Notes under the pieces: generated by a model
What the model was told of the DNA's origin: nothing
Databases searched by the model: none
The model's input: the letters and a program-made list of their open reading frames with translations, nothing else
Made by a program: the position numbers and the translations under genes
Source: a virus
Virus record (IMG/VR): IMGVR_UViG_3300030118_007055
Span: 20,210 to 84,209 of that record
Direction: 5' to 3' (one strand)
DNA: 64,000 nucleotides
In this document: in pieces, positions 9,801-19,869 of the stretch
Layout: every line of letters begins with the position of its first letter
Numbering within the stretch: position 1 is the first letter of the stretch

Positions 9801-12034
9801 GAACTTTTGATTGCAAATTAAAATTAGTTAGAGTCCCAAGCAACTACCACCCATTAAGAGCTAATGGACAGGATAAGAGATACTATGCTACTGAGCAAGA
9901 ATTCAATAATGCTACAGAGAATCAAAAGAGAGTTTACATTGGAGATTGGGATGGCACTTTTAATCAAGAATTACAATGGACTGATAATCCAGCTTGGATA
10001 GTTTATGATTTACTAACTAATAAACGTTATGGGATGGGGCAGCATTTAGACAAAAATAAAATAAATGTTTGGGAATTATATAAGATTGGTAGATTTTGTG
10101 ATGCAGTAAATGAAAAAGGTGTTTTTGTTGGAGTTCCCGATGGACAAGGTGGACTTGAACCTCGGTTTTCATGCAATATCCTCTTTAAACAAAATGAAAA
10201 AATATATGATGTTATAAACACTGTAGTATCTTTATTTAGAGGTAGTGTCTTTTTTGGAGATGATGAAATAAATTTTGTAGATGATAGACCAAGGAGTTTT
10301 ATAAATTTAATCACAAATGAGTCAGTAAAAGGTGGGTCATTTACATATTCTAATAATAGGAGAGATCAGGTATATAATGTCATAGAGATAAGTTATAATG
10401 ACAGATTTGATAATTTTTTACCAAAAATAGAAACCGTAGAAGACGAAGAAGATATACGTAGAAGAGGTGTATTTAAAACTAGAATTCAAGGTGTTGGCAT
10501 AACATCAAGAGGAATGGCAAGGAGAGCTGCTCTCCATCACATGTTCCACAAAATAAATGAAAATCAAACTGTGTCATTTGTGGCTGGGTTGCCAACTATG
10601 CTATCACAACCTGGAGATTTAATCAACATAGAGGACGAATTAAAGACCAATAGTATTAGTTTTGGTAAAGTTTTAGGTGTTAATGCTGATACACAGGAGA
10701 TAAGAATTAGTAATACATTTGTTCCCAGTGAGATGACTGGCAACTTAACTATTTATAACCCAACAGGGATTGATACTATTTCATCAATAAATAGTTTAGC
10801 TGCTAAAAATAGACAGAGATTAGTTGGCGGTTTTACCATAAGCGGTAATTTATCAAGTAACAGCGCAACCTCTACATGGACTGATAATTTTACAGGTAAT
10901 TATGATTTTTCTGGTTATAGACAAGGATATACTGGAGTTGAGGGCGGTTTTGAAGAATACGCAACATACACTGGCACTGGTTCTAATGTTTTATATTTTG
11001 ACCCAAGTCTAACTGGATGGGTTTATAGTATTGGCGGTAGCTTTGAAAAGGATAATAGCTTTGCCAAATTTATTAGTGAAACTACAACAATAGAGAAAAA
11101 CACTTATCTAAGCGCTCTAAGTACGGGTGTTCTTGCTAATTATGATACCTCCACAGCGACTAATAGAGGAGTAGATAGATTTAGTGGTAGCGGAGCTTTT
11201 TCTGGCAGTATGTTACCTTCAGATGATGTCATTTATACTAAAGGTATATTAGAATCAGAAATAAGTATAACATCTCCATCTCAAATATCAGTACTCAATT
11301 TAACTGGAACTACTAATCCAATAAATCAAAATTATGGAACATTAGTATCGGGAGTAAAGAGTTCTCAAACTGGTTTATTAAATAACATAGTGATAGGAAG
11401 CCCTTGCAAATTTGAAATATCAGGAGCGTCTCCTACCACTTTTAAAATAATGGATATTAGAGAGGAAAACCCTAATGAATTTACTGTTACCGCAAATCTT
11501 TATGATACTGGTAAATATGATTTAATAGAAAAAAATATTAGTATTGAAAAACTAGCTAATACTTTCAGTTATCAAAAAGCTTCCACTCAAGTAAATAATT
11601 TAACTTATCATACATTATCTCCAGTTACCGCGCTAACATTGACAACTGGCACTGGGGTTGAAGATCCAAATTCAAGCTTCTCAATAACTGGCACTTGGTC
11701 AGATCCAAACGGCTCTAACTCAACTGGTTATTTAGTTGAGTTAACAGATCCTACATTATATGTAAACTCTCAAAACGTTGCAACTGCGACTGCGGCTTTT
11801 GATGGATTAGATACAATGGGAACTTACACATTAAAAGTTCAAGCATTAGGCGCTGCGAGTAGTGCTTTAAATTTTGATAGTTCTAACTTAAATGCATATT
11901 ACAATTCCGCTTTTTCAAACACATCTAAATTCATAATCGTTGACGATTTAGTAACTTTTGATTCATCGTTTTTAGAAGGTTTCACAATTGAGCCTGTAAG
12001 AAGAGGCGATATTACAATTTTTGTTCAAGAATAA
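6872..12034 (+). CDS. gpJ-like central tail tip / host-specificity protein
   Basis: DLLSDGPIAGL, VYLNDTPV, VRVPSNY, WTDNPAWIVYDLLTNKRYGMG, EPRFSCN and a C-terminal FN3-like region. Confidence 0.9.
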   Translation: MDHIIKKTKLAGANTPMYRPPKLGEMSYGASYSFVETLDLLSDGPIAGLVNQQGQIVRDADLLQGVYLNDTPVAVNTQPQKAVDKIFENTKTSAQVTGQIHITGFFNQLNGKDPTSLIVEPIGQTAHTAFSSTNLSATAGIAPNWSHLNSAESKVHNDSTEVNVSNAFLYGSVVHHIADRSLKGSMVSVKNDFKAHNNLFGLYMGNTPRSTSDRKLEYISGFEPTAPNAILERKSKKGGPSAQANYKSYLIYSDLQDVSKSINTTKSSFASSGTITFTDGVYTFTNAAVNGFIQETDNTNIVEGRVYRVQFTIFDYSSGAIKVRHPFNSANVSGDGKFTFTAVATSSGTDAGKFMLMVQTAAANFKVKDISICEIVEKVPDNYKFLFGFGKRGLENIPSRGLKFERRKSTDSNKNFNFFTNPIKDTSSNSNSIFELTKVLSDEFATMSNLKAEGESNTANGGKYQSQLVDQVFERFTNVQSLSVEFNGEAESWKKSLDSFFRRIDKDAFIVYRPFTSQPNLNFSLIDPNSPKINDFESNFTYQGLMDYEFNFQSSELSDGINLKDFALANKEQIEVFDFVLPKIDNNGTLSQEVVGFYLIALKSESSSSTDEKRGKGQKYDFTTHFHGFNQNVVNILKNITTFKYQQSTAFSSSILSNLNSQKFNYSNVLAELKLGTELQQPFKFFNKIYIDKIYNEKLFGPFRQEGNVQRIISNEKMLSKNDFETQLSESDVEGSQDERKADGSAGEIKFLNYSQWADNLNPSFDEEASPITHTIYNPNVDEVYVTLLLESLKDTLHKEVRPDALKDETFAADKKIEPANTYPSLLEVRITTGTVDPRTNKKTPNGEVRDYRFVALINTPTLVDLGNPESSPMDFPWIKLGSFQDSGAETNKINTPISLPPALLVDRAGVGEGNELLPHRYVEIKKISCETNSVLIDKDVKLKSVTEIIPVNLTYPFSAIVGTKIDSRTVDNIPDRTFDCKLKLVRVPSNYHPLRANGQDKRYYATEQEFNNATENQKRVYIGDWDGTFNQELQWTDNPAWIVYDLLTNKRYGMGQHLDKNKINVWELYKIGRFCDAVNEKGVFVGVPDGQGGLEPRFSCNILFKQNEKIYDVINTVVSLFRGSVFFGDDEINFVDDRPRSFINLITNESVKGGSFTYSNNRRDQVYNVIEISYNDRFDNFLPKIETVEDEEDIRRRGVFKTRIQGVGITSRGMARRAALHHMFHKINENQTVSFVAGLPTMLSQPGDLINIEDELKTNSISFGKVLGVNADTQEIRISNTFVPSEMTGNLTIYNPTGIDTISSINSLAAKNRQRLVGGFTISGNLSSNSATSTWTDNFTGNYDFSGYRQGYTGVEGGFEEYATYTGTGSNVLYFDPSLTGWVYSIGGSFEKDNSFAKFISETTTIEKNTYLSALSTGVLANYDTSTATNRGVDRFSGSGAFSGSMLPSDDVIYTKGILESEISITSPSQISVLNLTGTTNPINQNYGTLVSGVKSSQTGLLNNIVIGSPCKFEISGASPTTFKIMDIREENPNEFTVTANLYDTGKYDLIEKNISIEKLANTFSYQKASTQVNNLTYHTLSPVTALTLTTGTGVEDPNSSFSITGTWSDPNGSNSTGYLVELTDPTLYVNSQNVATATAAFDGLDTMGTYTLKVQALGAASSALNFDSSNLNAYYNSAFSNTSKFIIVDDLVTFDSSFLEGFTIEPVRRGDITIFVQE

Positions 12035-15000
12035 ATGGCTACAATAAACATATTAGATACAAGCTCGACTGGTTTTATACCTTATTATGATGAGGCGTTT
12101 ACAGAATTTATAAAAGCCACTGGCGCTGGTAAAATTTATAATGGCTCTGGTTTGTATGACTCATTTCTAATTGGAATGAGCAAAGACATTGCAGACATAA
12201 CCCCAACCATAAGTGGAACTCTTTCAGAATCTTTAACATTTGCATCTGGAAACACTATAGGCACAGTTGATATAAGAGGTACTGGTGATAATTATTTTAA
12301 TGGCCTTACTGGGTCAACATTTACTGGTCAAAGTTTAGACCCTAGCTCTACGTACTTTCATGGTTTATATGCTAGGATGACTGGTGTTCCAGGTATAGGA
12401 GGTGGTGTTGCAACTGGTATTTTAGGTTCTGGAGCAGATGCGACATCTTTTTCAAGTGGTTTATATAGTGGTTCATTTACAACTGACGCAAGGATATACA
12501 ATTTTGATACTATATATAATACTGGCACTCAAAGTGGTAGTGGAATTTTTTTAGAAAAAAGCTCAGTAATAGGTTTATCAATATTTGATAGACTAGGTGA
12601 AGATATAGATACAAATGAGGAGTTTATAGGCAATCCTTTTATATCAGGAGTTCACATAGATATTATGAACTCTGACGGGTCTATAGCAAAGTCTGGGTTT
12701 TTATCTGGATATAGACAAGCTGAATTTGTTTTTGGTGAAGGTGATAACGTAAATATATTTGGTTCTTTTGCCACGGACTATGGAATAAGAACTAGAATAG
12801 TAAGTTTTGACGAAGACATCTCCACAGGTAATATATTTTTACATGGCAATAGAGTTGAAATTAATTCTATAAATGTTGTAGATGGGACAGGTTCATTTTT
12901 AGATGAAAATCCAATAAATTTCATAGCACCCAATACTGGCTTATCTAATGCGTTACCTTTTACAAATCGTCAAAAAATAAGTGATTATAATATAAGTGGA
13001 GCTATATCACTCAACCTAAAATTTGAGCCGACTAGAGCTAAGTTCAAGGATGTTCAAATTTTTGCAACTAGCGGAGATATTGAATCTTTAGTTTTAGACT
13101 CTAAATCTTTAATTAAAACACAACCAATATTTGGTCGCGTTGCTCCAATAAGATTAGTTAGCGATGATGGCTTAGATGCGAATAGGGATTACAATTTTAA
13201 AATAATTCCTAGCTCTGATGTTGCTACTGGTAGACCTTGGGTTATTGGTCCTTATAGAATTGCAGAAAAGAAATTAGCGAATACGAATCCAATTTTTTCT
13301 AATGTAGGATTTCCTCAAAACATTGAAAGTAAAATAGGTTTTGGTACAAGTGTGCCACCTGAATCTAATACTTTAGAAGTATATGGAACAGCTGCGGGAG
13401 CAACATCGCCATCAATAGTCGTTGGAATAGGCACAACAACGACCACCGCCACTGTTGGAATAGGAACCTCCACTGCCCCTACTGGCAAAAATACTTTTGA
13501 GGTGGTAGGTATAGGTTCAACAGCGCCATCACTTGTAATTGGTACAGGAAGCGCAACCGCTGGTGTAGGAATCGGTACAACGGAAGCGCCGACGGGTAAC
13601 ACTTTAGAAGTCGTTGGTTTAGGAACGACATCGCCATCAATCGTTGTCGGCATCGGATCAACGGCTACTGCGACCGTCGGTATCGGCACAAGTGCAGCGC
13701 CTACTGGTAAAAACACGTTGGAGGTTGTGGGTATCGGAAGTACGATCCCATCTTTAATTGTGGGTTCAGGTAGCGGAACAGCAGGAGTTGGCATAGGAAC
13801 AACTCAATTATCATCAACTGGTAATACTTTAGAGGTTGTTGGTATTGGATCAACAATTCCATCTATCGCTGTTTCATGCGGAATCGGATCAACAGCGGGT
13901 TTTGTTGGCATCGGTTCATCTGACCCAAGTTTTCCATTAGATGCCTCTACCATATCAAAGGCAAATATAGCCGCAGCAAATAGTTTTATTTTTTCTACTG
14001 GCTCAGCAATATTTGGAGGCGCTAATCATATTATAAGTGGAGACTTTAACGTAATAGCTGGAGGCTCAAAAGGTCAAATCTCAGGAAATAATTTTAACTT
14101 TATTGGTGGGGGTACAGGGGTAAATGTAGACTTGAGTCAATTCTCATCGAGTATTGGAGGTTTTGACAATGATATAAATAATGGAAGTTACTCAGTTATA
14201 GGTGGAGGTAGGCAGAACCTTATTAGTGGAGTAGATGGAGAATCTCACTCTGATAACAGTGCCATATTAGGAGGACAGGAAAACAAAATAGTCGCTGCTC
14301 CATATGGATTTATAGGTGGTGGGGCTAACCACTTGATAACTGGCTCAACGTCTATTTATAGTGCAATATTAGGTGGTAATAATAACCAAATAAAACAATC
14401 TCAATTTGGTGTAATTCTAGGTGGAGATGGTAGTAAAATTACACATGCAAACCATGCTCTAACAGCTGGTAATTTTTCTACAGTACAATCAGGGCATAAT
14501 GGAGCTTTTGTTTTATCTGATTCAAGAAGTGCAGAATATACATCTAGTGGTGCTAACACTTTAAATTTAAGATTTCAAAGTGGATTATTTTTAGACACTG
14601 ATAGTGGTATTTTTATTAATGGTAATCCAGTAGTAACTGGAGATAACTCCTCAGATGTAGATACTTTACAAACTGTTACTAGTAGAGGCGCAACCACGAC
14701 TAATGATATAACAGTTGCCGATCTACTTGTTCAAAATGATGGACAAGTAAGAGCAAATGGCGCTGGCGGTTTAACCCTTGGGAATACAAATGGAGGAACA
14801 ATTTTTGTAAGTGGAACTTCAGCTAAAAGCGTAATCACACCTAGAGTTAATCATCTTTATTTACAATCAAATAGAGATGAAGATGACATCATTTTCCAAG
14901 CAGGAGAAGCTGATGTGGAAATGGCAAGGTTTGATTCCGCAAATCAAAGGTTTGGTATAGGGACAAATAATCCACAAGAAAAATTACATGTATACAATGC

Positions 15001-18000
15001 GGGAACAGCAGTAGTTGAAGTAGAAGGCACTAATGGATCAGGAATATTTAAAGCAACAAACAGCCAAGGTTCTTACGCATGGTATGTTGATGAAGATAAC
15101 GATTCATTTAGATTGCATGATTTTATAGATTCCGCAGATAGAATAATGATTACTGGCAATGGTAATGTTTCTATAGCAACAACAGAAGTTGCTCCACACA
15201 AACTGAACGTAAAAGGCACAATTTCAAGGCTTAATAGCTCTAATATACAGGTTGTAAACCTTCAAACGGCAAGTGAGGCTGGTCAGGTATCAGTTCTAAA
15301 TGCTGGAGGAACAGAAAGAGTTTTACTTCATTCTAATGGAGAAAGTTTTTTTAACGGCGGTAGTGTCGGCATAGGAACAACTGATCCAGATGCACCTTTA
15401 CATATAAAAACCTCTTCAAATGTAAACACCTTACGTGTTGACTCTGCTTATAATGAAGGAGCTGGCGCAGTTGCTACAATAAAAACCACAGCTAATGGAA
15501 ATGTTTTAAGCCTAGAATCTGCTACAACTTCTGATAGTAGAGAAATTTTTGAAGTTAAAAATTCAAACGGTACAGTTCTTGAAGTTCAAGGTGATGGTAA
15601 TGTTGGTATAAACAAAACTGATCCTGTATCAGCCCTTCACGTTGTTGGAGATGGATCAAATGCAGTGCGGATTGATAATGGTCATTTAAGAGTAACAACC
15701 ACTTCTAATAATGACGCTATTCAAATCAATTCATCTGTTAGTAACGAAGCTAGAATACTTGCCTCTGATTTTGGAACATCCTCTGCTCATCCATTAAAAA
15801 TAGCAGGAGATTATGTAAGAATTACTACAAGTGGAAATGCTGCTGCAACTGAAGTAGCAAGATTCACAGCAGATGGTGATGTTGGTGTAGGAACAACTGA
15901 TCCTTTAGCAAAAATAAATACCAACGCACAATACTTCAATCCAATTACAGATGGAGAAAGCACGACATTAACAATTGGTACAAGTAATTCTGAAAGCGGT
16001 AAATCTAATATAATATTACAGAGTAATACTGAAATAGATAACGAAATTATGGGTGGAGTTTATTTCGCTCATGGAAGTGGACAAGCAGATGCTCACCGCA
16101 CGGTTGCAGCTATAGAGTCTAGAGTTTCAGCTCATGGTACTACATCTTTGAATGGTGCAGATTTGTTATTCTTCACTAAACCAAAAGGCGCTGGAAGAGG
16201 AAGTGGAGACCCTCAATTATTTATTGGCGATAACGAAGAAGTTGGAATTGGAACTGGAAATCCAGCATGTAGATTTCACGTTAATTGTGAAGCTAATGAA
16301 GAAGTCGCTAGATTTGAATCTCAAGATAATGACGCTTTTATAAGAATAAAAGATAATACTGATAGTGTTTTTATAAGCCATGATGCCTCTGACGATATAA
16401 TGGGTCTTGGTTTTAACCAAAGTGCATCTTCTAGCAATCTTAACATCACTTCAGCAGGTAATGTCGGAATAGGAACAATTGCGGCTAGCACAGTTGGAGG
16501 AACTGCGGCACTCACATTACAAAATTCAAGTGTGGCAATGGCTTGGGGTCCAAGTGTTGGCGAAGTAGTTTATCATAGAAGATTAAGTGCAGGTAAATTC
16601 CAAATCGTGCCATACTATGGAGGAAACATAGGAGAACTTCAATTGGCTCCTTACGGAGAAAATGACACTCCAGTTGTTATAGGAGCAACCGCTGCCGTGG
16701 CAGATGTGAAACTCCATGTAGAAGGAGTTATCTCTGGATCGAGTAATGCAATGTTTGATGGTAATGTTGGTATAGGAACAGTTAATCCAACAAGCCGTTT
16801 TAGTGTCGGAGCGATGGCTGTAGGTAGGGCAGATGGCTCTGCGGTCACTGCAATGACTAAAACTATAGCCAACACCACCATTGGGGCGAAACTTAGCTTC
16901 ACTGGAGGAAACAACTCAAATAACAATATTATAGGTGGCCTAAGTATGGGTAATGAAGGTGAGGAATATGCAGGTATGTATTCTATTGATGGTGGGGCAG
17001 GTGGAGTAACTAACTTAGCTTTGTTTGCAGGAGACTCTACTTCAACTAATGAAGTTATGAGGCTTCAGAGTAATGGTAATATTGGTATTGGAGTAACTAA
17101 TCCTCTAGCACCTTTACATTTGCAGGGATCAGCCTTAGCAGGTTATGAAGCTGGAGATGTGAGTGCAGACACCATGATGGTGATTGAGAATGATGATAAT
17201 GCGAGATTGGCTATTGTTGCTGCCGATCTTTGTGATGTATTCTTTGGAGATGCTGCGGATCAAGATGTAGGAAGAATTAGATATAATCATAGTGCGAATT
17301 CAATGGCATTTTTTACAAATGGCAGCGAGAAAATGCGTATTGACTCCGATGGTAAGGTAGGTATAGGAACAGATAATCCTAGTCAAGAATTAACCATATC
17401 CACTAAATCTGCTTCTGAAAATAATGCTACTTTGCATTTAGAAGTTGATGGCACTAACGTAGAGGGATTCATTAATCAAAATAACGGAGAAATGCAATTC
17501 ATTTCTCGCGAAAACACCACCAACGGTACATTTAAATTTCAAGGATCAAATGGTAGTGCATTTACTAACTACATGGTTATTGATGCTAATGGTAAAGTTG
17601 GTATAGGTAGCAATACTCCTGCTTACAAACTTGATGTTGCAGGTAGCATACAAGCCAAAGATGCTGGAGTTTTAGCTGGCGTTGGTGGTGATGCAGATGG
17701 GTTTATATTTCATGACCTTTACACTGCTGGGGGTAATTATTGGGGATATAAGGCTTTAAGTAGCCCTAATAGACTTGCGATAGTTACTGATGGAACTGAA
17801 GTATTAACCGTTGATTCAAATGCTAGAGTTGGTATAGGAACAAATAGTCCATCAGGGAAGTTAGATGTTGTTGGATTTTATAGAATAGGAAATAACGTAA
17901 CAAACAACAATAACAAATTATCCAGAATATTGGGTAGACATTATAACAACTCTGAGTTAGATCTTAATATTTTAACCTCAAATTCTACAAGCAGCACAAA

Positions 18001-18814
18001 TCACATCAGTTTCGGAGGAGGTTCTTCGAGTTATAATCAGGCAACTACCATTGCTTTTTATACCTCACCGAATAACACTTCAGTTTATGCAGCAGGAACT
18101 GAAAGAATGCGTATAGATATAAATGGTAACGTTGGCATAGGAAACTTTTTTTCAGCTGATAATTCAAATGACCCCACTGGAACAAGGGTTCATATAGCGG
18201 CTGAAGATACGAGTCCAAGTTTAGATGCAGCAACACTTGATGATTCCTCTTTAGTTGTTGGTAATTCTGATAGAGCCTACGGAATGGTATTTGGTGTTAG
18301 AAATGGTGGTCAAGGACAGATTCAACAGAGAAGAATGACATCTGCTCCTAGCGTCAATAACTATGCATTAGAACTCCAACCATACGGAGGAAATGTCGGA
18401 ATTGGAACTGAAGACCCTAGTGACAAATTAACTGTAAATGGGTCTTTTTCTGCTAGTAGTAAAACTTTTAATATTGAACACCCTACGCAATCAGGAAAAC
18501 GATTAATTCATGGTTGTTTTGAGGGTCCAGAACATGGGGTTTACTTTAGAGGTAAAACACAAGATAGCGGTATACAAGCTCCAGAATATTGGTCTGCATT
18601 AGTTGATATAGAATCAATGACAGTTGATGTAACTCCAATAGGTCCGAATCAAAGTATTTATGTTGATAGAATAGAAGATAATGGGGATGTGTATGTTGGC
18701 GCTAATACTAGCGAGCCGCTTAATTATTTTTATATTATTTATGGTGAACGAAAAGATGTAGATAAGTTAGAAGTTGTAAAAGATAATCCTCCTCCAAACA
18801 CAGGAACTGCTTAA
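12035..18814 (+). CDS. long tail fibre (2259 aa)
   Basis: Many GNVGIGT..P...LHV trimeric-fibre repeats, a Gly-rich beta-helix region (IGGG..N.I), and a C-terminal KTFNIEHP...L.HGCFEGPE.GVYFRG domain common in environmental phage fibres. Confidence 0.85.
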   Translation: MATINILDTSSTGFIPYYDEAFTEFIKATGAGKIYNGSGLYDSFLIGMSKDIADITPTISGTLSESLTFASGNTIGTVDIRGTGDNYFNGLTGSTFTGQSLDPSSTYFHGLYARMTGVPGIGGGVATGILGSGADATSFSSGLYSGSFTTDARIYNFDTIYNTGTQSGSGIFLEKSSVIGLSIFDRLGEDIDTNEEFIGNPFISGVHIDIMNSDGSIAKSGFLSGYRQAEFVFGEGDNVNIFGSFATDYGIRTRIVSFDEDISTGNIFLHGNRVEINSINVVDGTGSFLDENPINFIAPNTGLSNALPFTNRQKISDYNISGAISLNLKFEPTRAKFKDVQIFATSGDIESLVLDSKSLIKTQPIFGRVAPIRLVSDDGLDANRDYNFKIIPSSDVATGRPWVIGPYRIAEKKLANTNPIFSNVGFPQNIESKIGFGTSVPPESNTLEVYGTAAGATSPSIVVGIGTTTTTATVGIGTSTAPTGKNTFEVVGIGSTAPSLVIGTGSATAGVGIGTTEAPTGNTLEVVGLGTTSPSIVVGIGSTATATVGIGTSAAPTGKNTLEVVGIGSTIPSLIVGSGSGTAGVGIGTTQLSSTGNTLEVVGIGSTIPSIAVSCGIGSTAGFVGIGSSDPSFPLDASTISKANIAAANSFIFSTGSAIFGGANHIISGDFNVIAGGSKGQISGNNFNFIGGGTGVNVDLSQFSSSIGGFDNDINNGSYSVIGGGRQNLISGVDGESHSDNSAILGGQENKIVAAPYGFIGGGANHLITGSTSIYSAILGGNNNQIKQSQFGVILGGDGSKITHANHALTAGNFSTVQSGHNGAFVLSDSRSAEYTSSGANTLNLRFQSGLFLDTDSGIFINGNPVVTGDNSSDVDTLQTVTSRGATTTNDITVADLLVQNDGQVRANGAGGLTLGNTNGGTIFVSGTSAKSVITPRVNHLYLQSNRDEDDIIFQAGEADVEMARFDSANQRFGIGTNNPQEKLHVYNAGTAVVEVEGTNGSGIFKATNSQGSYAWYVDEDNDSFRLHDFIDSADRIMITGNGNVSIATTEVAPHKLNVKGTISRLNSSNIQVVNLQTASEAGQVSVLNAGGTERVLLHSNGESFFNGGSVGIGTTDPDAPLHIKTSSNVNTLRVDSAYNEGAGAVATIKTTANGNVLSLESATTSDSREIFEVKNSNGTVLEVQGDGNVGINKTDPVSALHVVGDGSNAVRIDNGHLRVTTTSNNDAIQINSSVSNEARILASDFGTSSAHPLKIAGDYVRITTSGNAAATEVARFTADGDVGVGTTDPLAKINTNAQYFNPITDGESTTLTIGTSNSESGKSNIILQSNTEIDNEIMGGVYFAHGSGQADAHRTVAAIESRVSAHGTTSLNGADLLFFTKPKGAGRGSGDPQLFIGDNEEVGIGTGNPACRFHVNCEANEEVARFESQDNDAFIRIKDNTDSVFISHDASDDIMGLGFNQSASSSNLNITSAGNVGIGTIAASTVGGTAALTLQNSSVAMAWGPSVGEVVYHRRLSAGKFQIVPYYGGNIGELQLAPYGENDTPVVIGATAAVADVKLHVEGVISGSSNAMFDGNVGIGTVNPTSRFSVGAMAVGRADGSAVTAMTKTIANTTIGAKLSFTGGNNSNNNIIGGLSMGNEGEEYAGMYSIDGGAGGVTNLALFAGDSTSTNEVMRLQSNGNIGIGVTNPLAPLHLQGSALAGYEAGDVSADTMMVIENDDNARLAIVAADLCDVFFGDAADQDVGRIRYNHSANSMAFFTNGSEKMRIDSDGKVGIGTDNPSQELTISTKSASENNATLHLEVDGTNVEGFINQNNGEMQFISRENTTNGTFKFQGSNGSAFTNYMVIDANGKVGIGSNTPAYKLDVAGSIQAKDAGVLAGVGGDADGFIFHDLYTAGGNYWGYKALSSPNRLAIVTDGTEVLTVDSNARVGIGTNSPSGKLDVVGFYRIGNNVTNNNNKLSRILGRHYNNSELDLNILTSNSTSSTNHISFGGGSSSYNQATTIAFYTSPNNTSVYAAGTERMRIDINGNVGIGNFFSADNSNDPTGTRVHIAAEDTSPSLDAATLDDSSLVVGNSDRAYGMVFGVRNGGQGQIQQRRMTSAPSVNNYALELQPYGGNVGIGTEDPSDKLTVNGSFSASSKTFNIEHPTQSGKRLIHGCFEGPEHGVYFRGKTQDSGIQAPEYWSALVDIESMTVDVTPIGPNQSIYVDRIEDNGDVYVGANTSEPLNYFYIIYGERKDVDKLEVVKDNPPPNTGTA
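13333..13920 (+). repeat. about five tandem 37-40 aa coding repeats in the fibre
   Basis: Repeated unit NTLEVVGIGST.PS..VG.G.....VGIGT...PTG. Confidence 0.85.
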
Positions 18815-18857
18815 ATAATGAATTTGAATTTTTAGTATATTTTAATATATTAAATTA

Positions 18858-19541
18858 ATGCTTAAATGTATATTTTTAACGCCAATAGCTGACACTTTAT
18901 CAGGTAATCTTTTACCAAATTATTTAAGACTGCAATCATGGTGTGAAAAAAATAACTCTGCCATACTAACCTGTCATAGATTGTTTTTAAATTTTGCTCG
19001 CAATTATCTTGCAACAGGAGGAAAAGGATTTGTTGATACTAGCCCACCAGAAGCAGAGTGGCTGTTTTGGATAGATTCTGATGTAAATTTTACTATAGAA
19101 CAAGTTGAATATTTACTATCAATTGATCCTAGTAAAAAATTTGTAACAGGTTGGTACAGATCAAATTATTCTGACAACGCAATGGTTGGAAATTGGGATG
19201 AGGATTTCTTTAGGAAGCACCATCACATGCCTTTTAGCTCAGTCGAATGGCTCGATGAGCTTGGAAAAAAATCACCGAATAAACTAGTAGAAGTAGATTG
19301 GTGTGGTTTCGGTTTTACTAAAATCCATAGATCTATATTTGAACAAATGGATTACCCATATTTTCCATTAAATCATGCGGAAATAAAAGATTGTGATAAC
19401 CGACAGGGCGGCAAATTTAATTTAAATGATTTATCTTTTGAGGATGTTAGTTTTTGTCAGAACTGCTACAAAAAAACAGGCATAAAACCTTTGGTAGTGC
19501 CTTCAGTAAGATTACCACATTATAAATCATTCTTCGTTTAA
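18858..19541 (+). CDS. GT-A fold glycosyltransferase (GT2-like)
   Basis: ARN, WLFWIDSDV (DxD), EVDWCGFGFTKI and EDVSFC. Confidence 0.8.
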   Translation: MLKCIFLTPIADTLSGNLLPNYLRLQSWCEKNNSAILTCHRLFLNFARNYLATGGKGFVDTSPPEAEWLFWIDSDVNFTIEQVEYLLSIDPSKKFVTGWYRSNYSDNAMVGNWDEDFFRKHHHMPFSSVEWLDELGKKSPNKLVEVDWCGFGFTKIHRSIFEQMDYPYFPLNHAEIKDCDNRQGGKFNLNDLSFEDVSFCQNCYKKTGIKPLVVPSVRLPHYKSFFV

Positions 19542-19760
19542 TTTTTCGTCTACTTTAAACGCTTGGAAATGCGGAGTATTTCCATTACTAAAATCATTTT
19601 TAAAAATACAAACTTTGTGGAGTTTGCCATCAATGTTTATATTGCCTGATAAAAAAGTTTTGCCGTTTGGTTGTTCTTTGGTCCAAAAAACCCCAACTTT
19701 ATTCTTTTTCCATTTCGATGGTTTTTTGTTCAAGGGCTTCGATGAAGTCTTTTCTTGCAT
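19527..19760 (-). CDS. small DUF736-like protein
   Basis: Pattern KVGVFW.K...GKTFLSG.I......V.IFKN......P.F. Confidence 0.55.
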   Translation of the reverse strand: MQEKTSSKPLNKKPSKWKKNKVGVFWTKEQPNGKTFLSGNINIDGKLHKVCIFKNDFSNGNTPHFQAFKVDEKLNEE

Positions 19761-19869
19761 GATGCGGTAATGATTTATATTTTGATTTTAGATTTCTGTA
19801 AACTCTCCTAGTAAAATCATTCATAGGAGGGCAAATTTTTCTAAGCCTTTTAGCGACTCTTCCATTCAT
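19699..19869 (-). CDS. small basic protein (56 aa) absent from the ORF track
   Basis: MNGRVAKRLRKICPPMNDFTRRVYRNLKSKYKSLPHHARKDFIEALEQKTIEMEKE. ATGA overlap with the upstream stop; fills the gap. Confidence 0.7.
   Translation of the reverse strand: MNGRVAKRLRKICPPMNDFTRRVYRNLKSKYKSLPHHARKDFIEALEQKTIEMEKE

Noticed and set aside
13315-13794. 159-aa Pro/Val/Thr-rich minus-strand ORF with repeats
   Set aside because: Mirror of the VGIGT repeats in the fibre; the frame is open because of repeat codon bias.
12035-18814. Diversity-generating retroelement or invertase-driven fibre variation
   Set aside because: No reverse transcriptase or recombinase in the window, and no TR/VR-like duplicated segment was noticed; a dot plot would be needed to exclude it fully.
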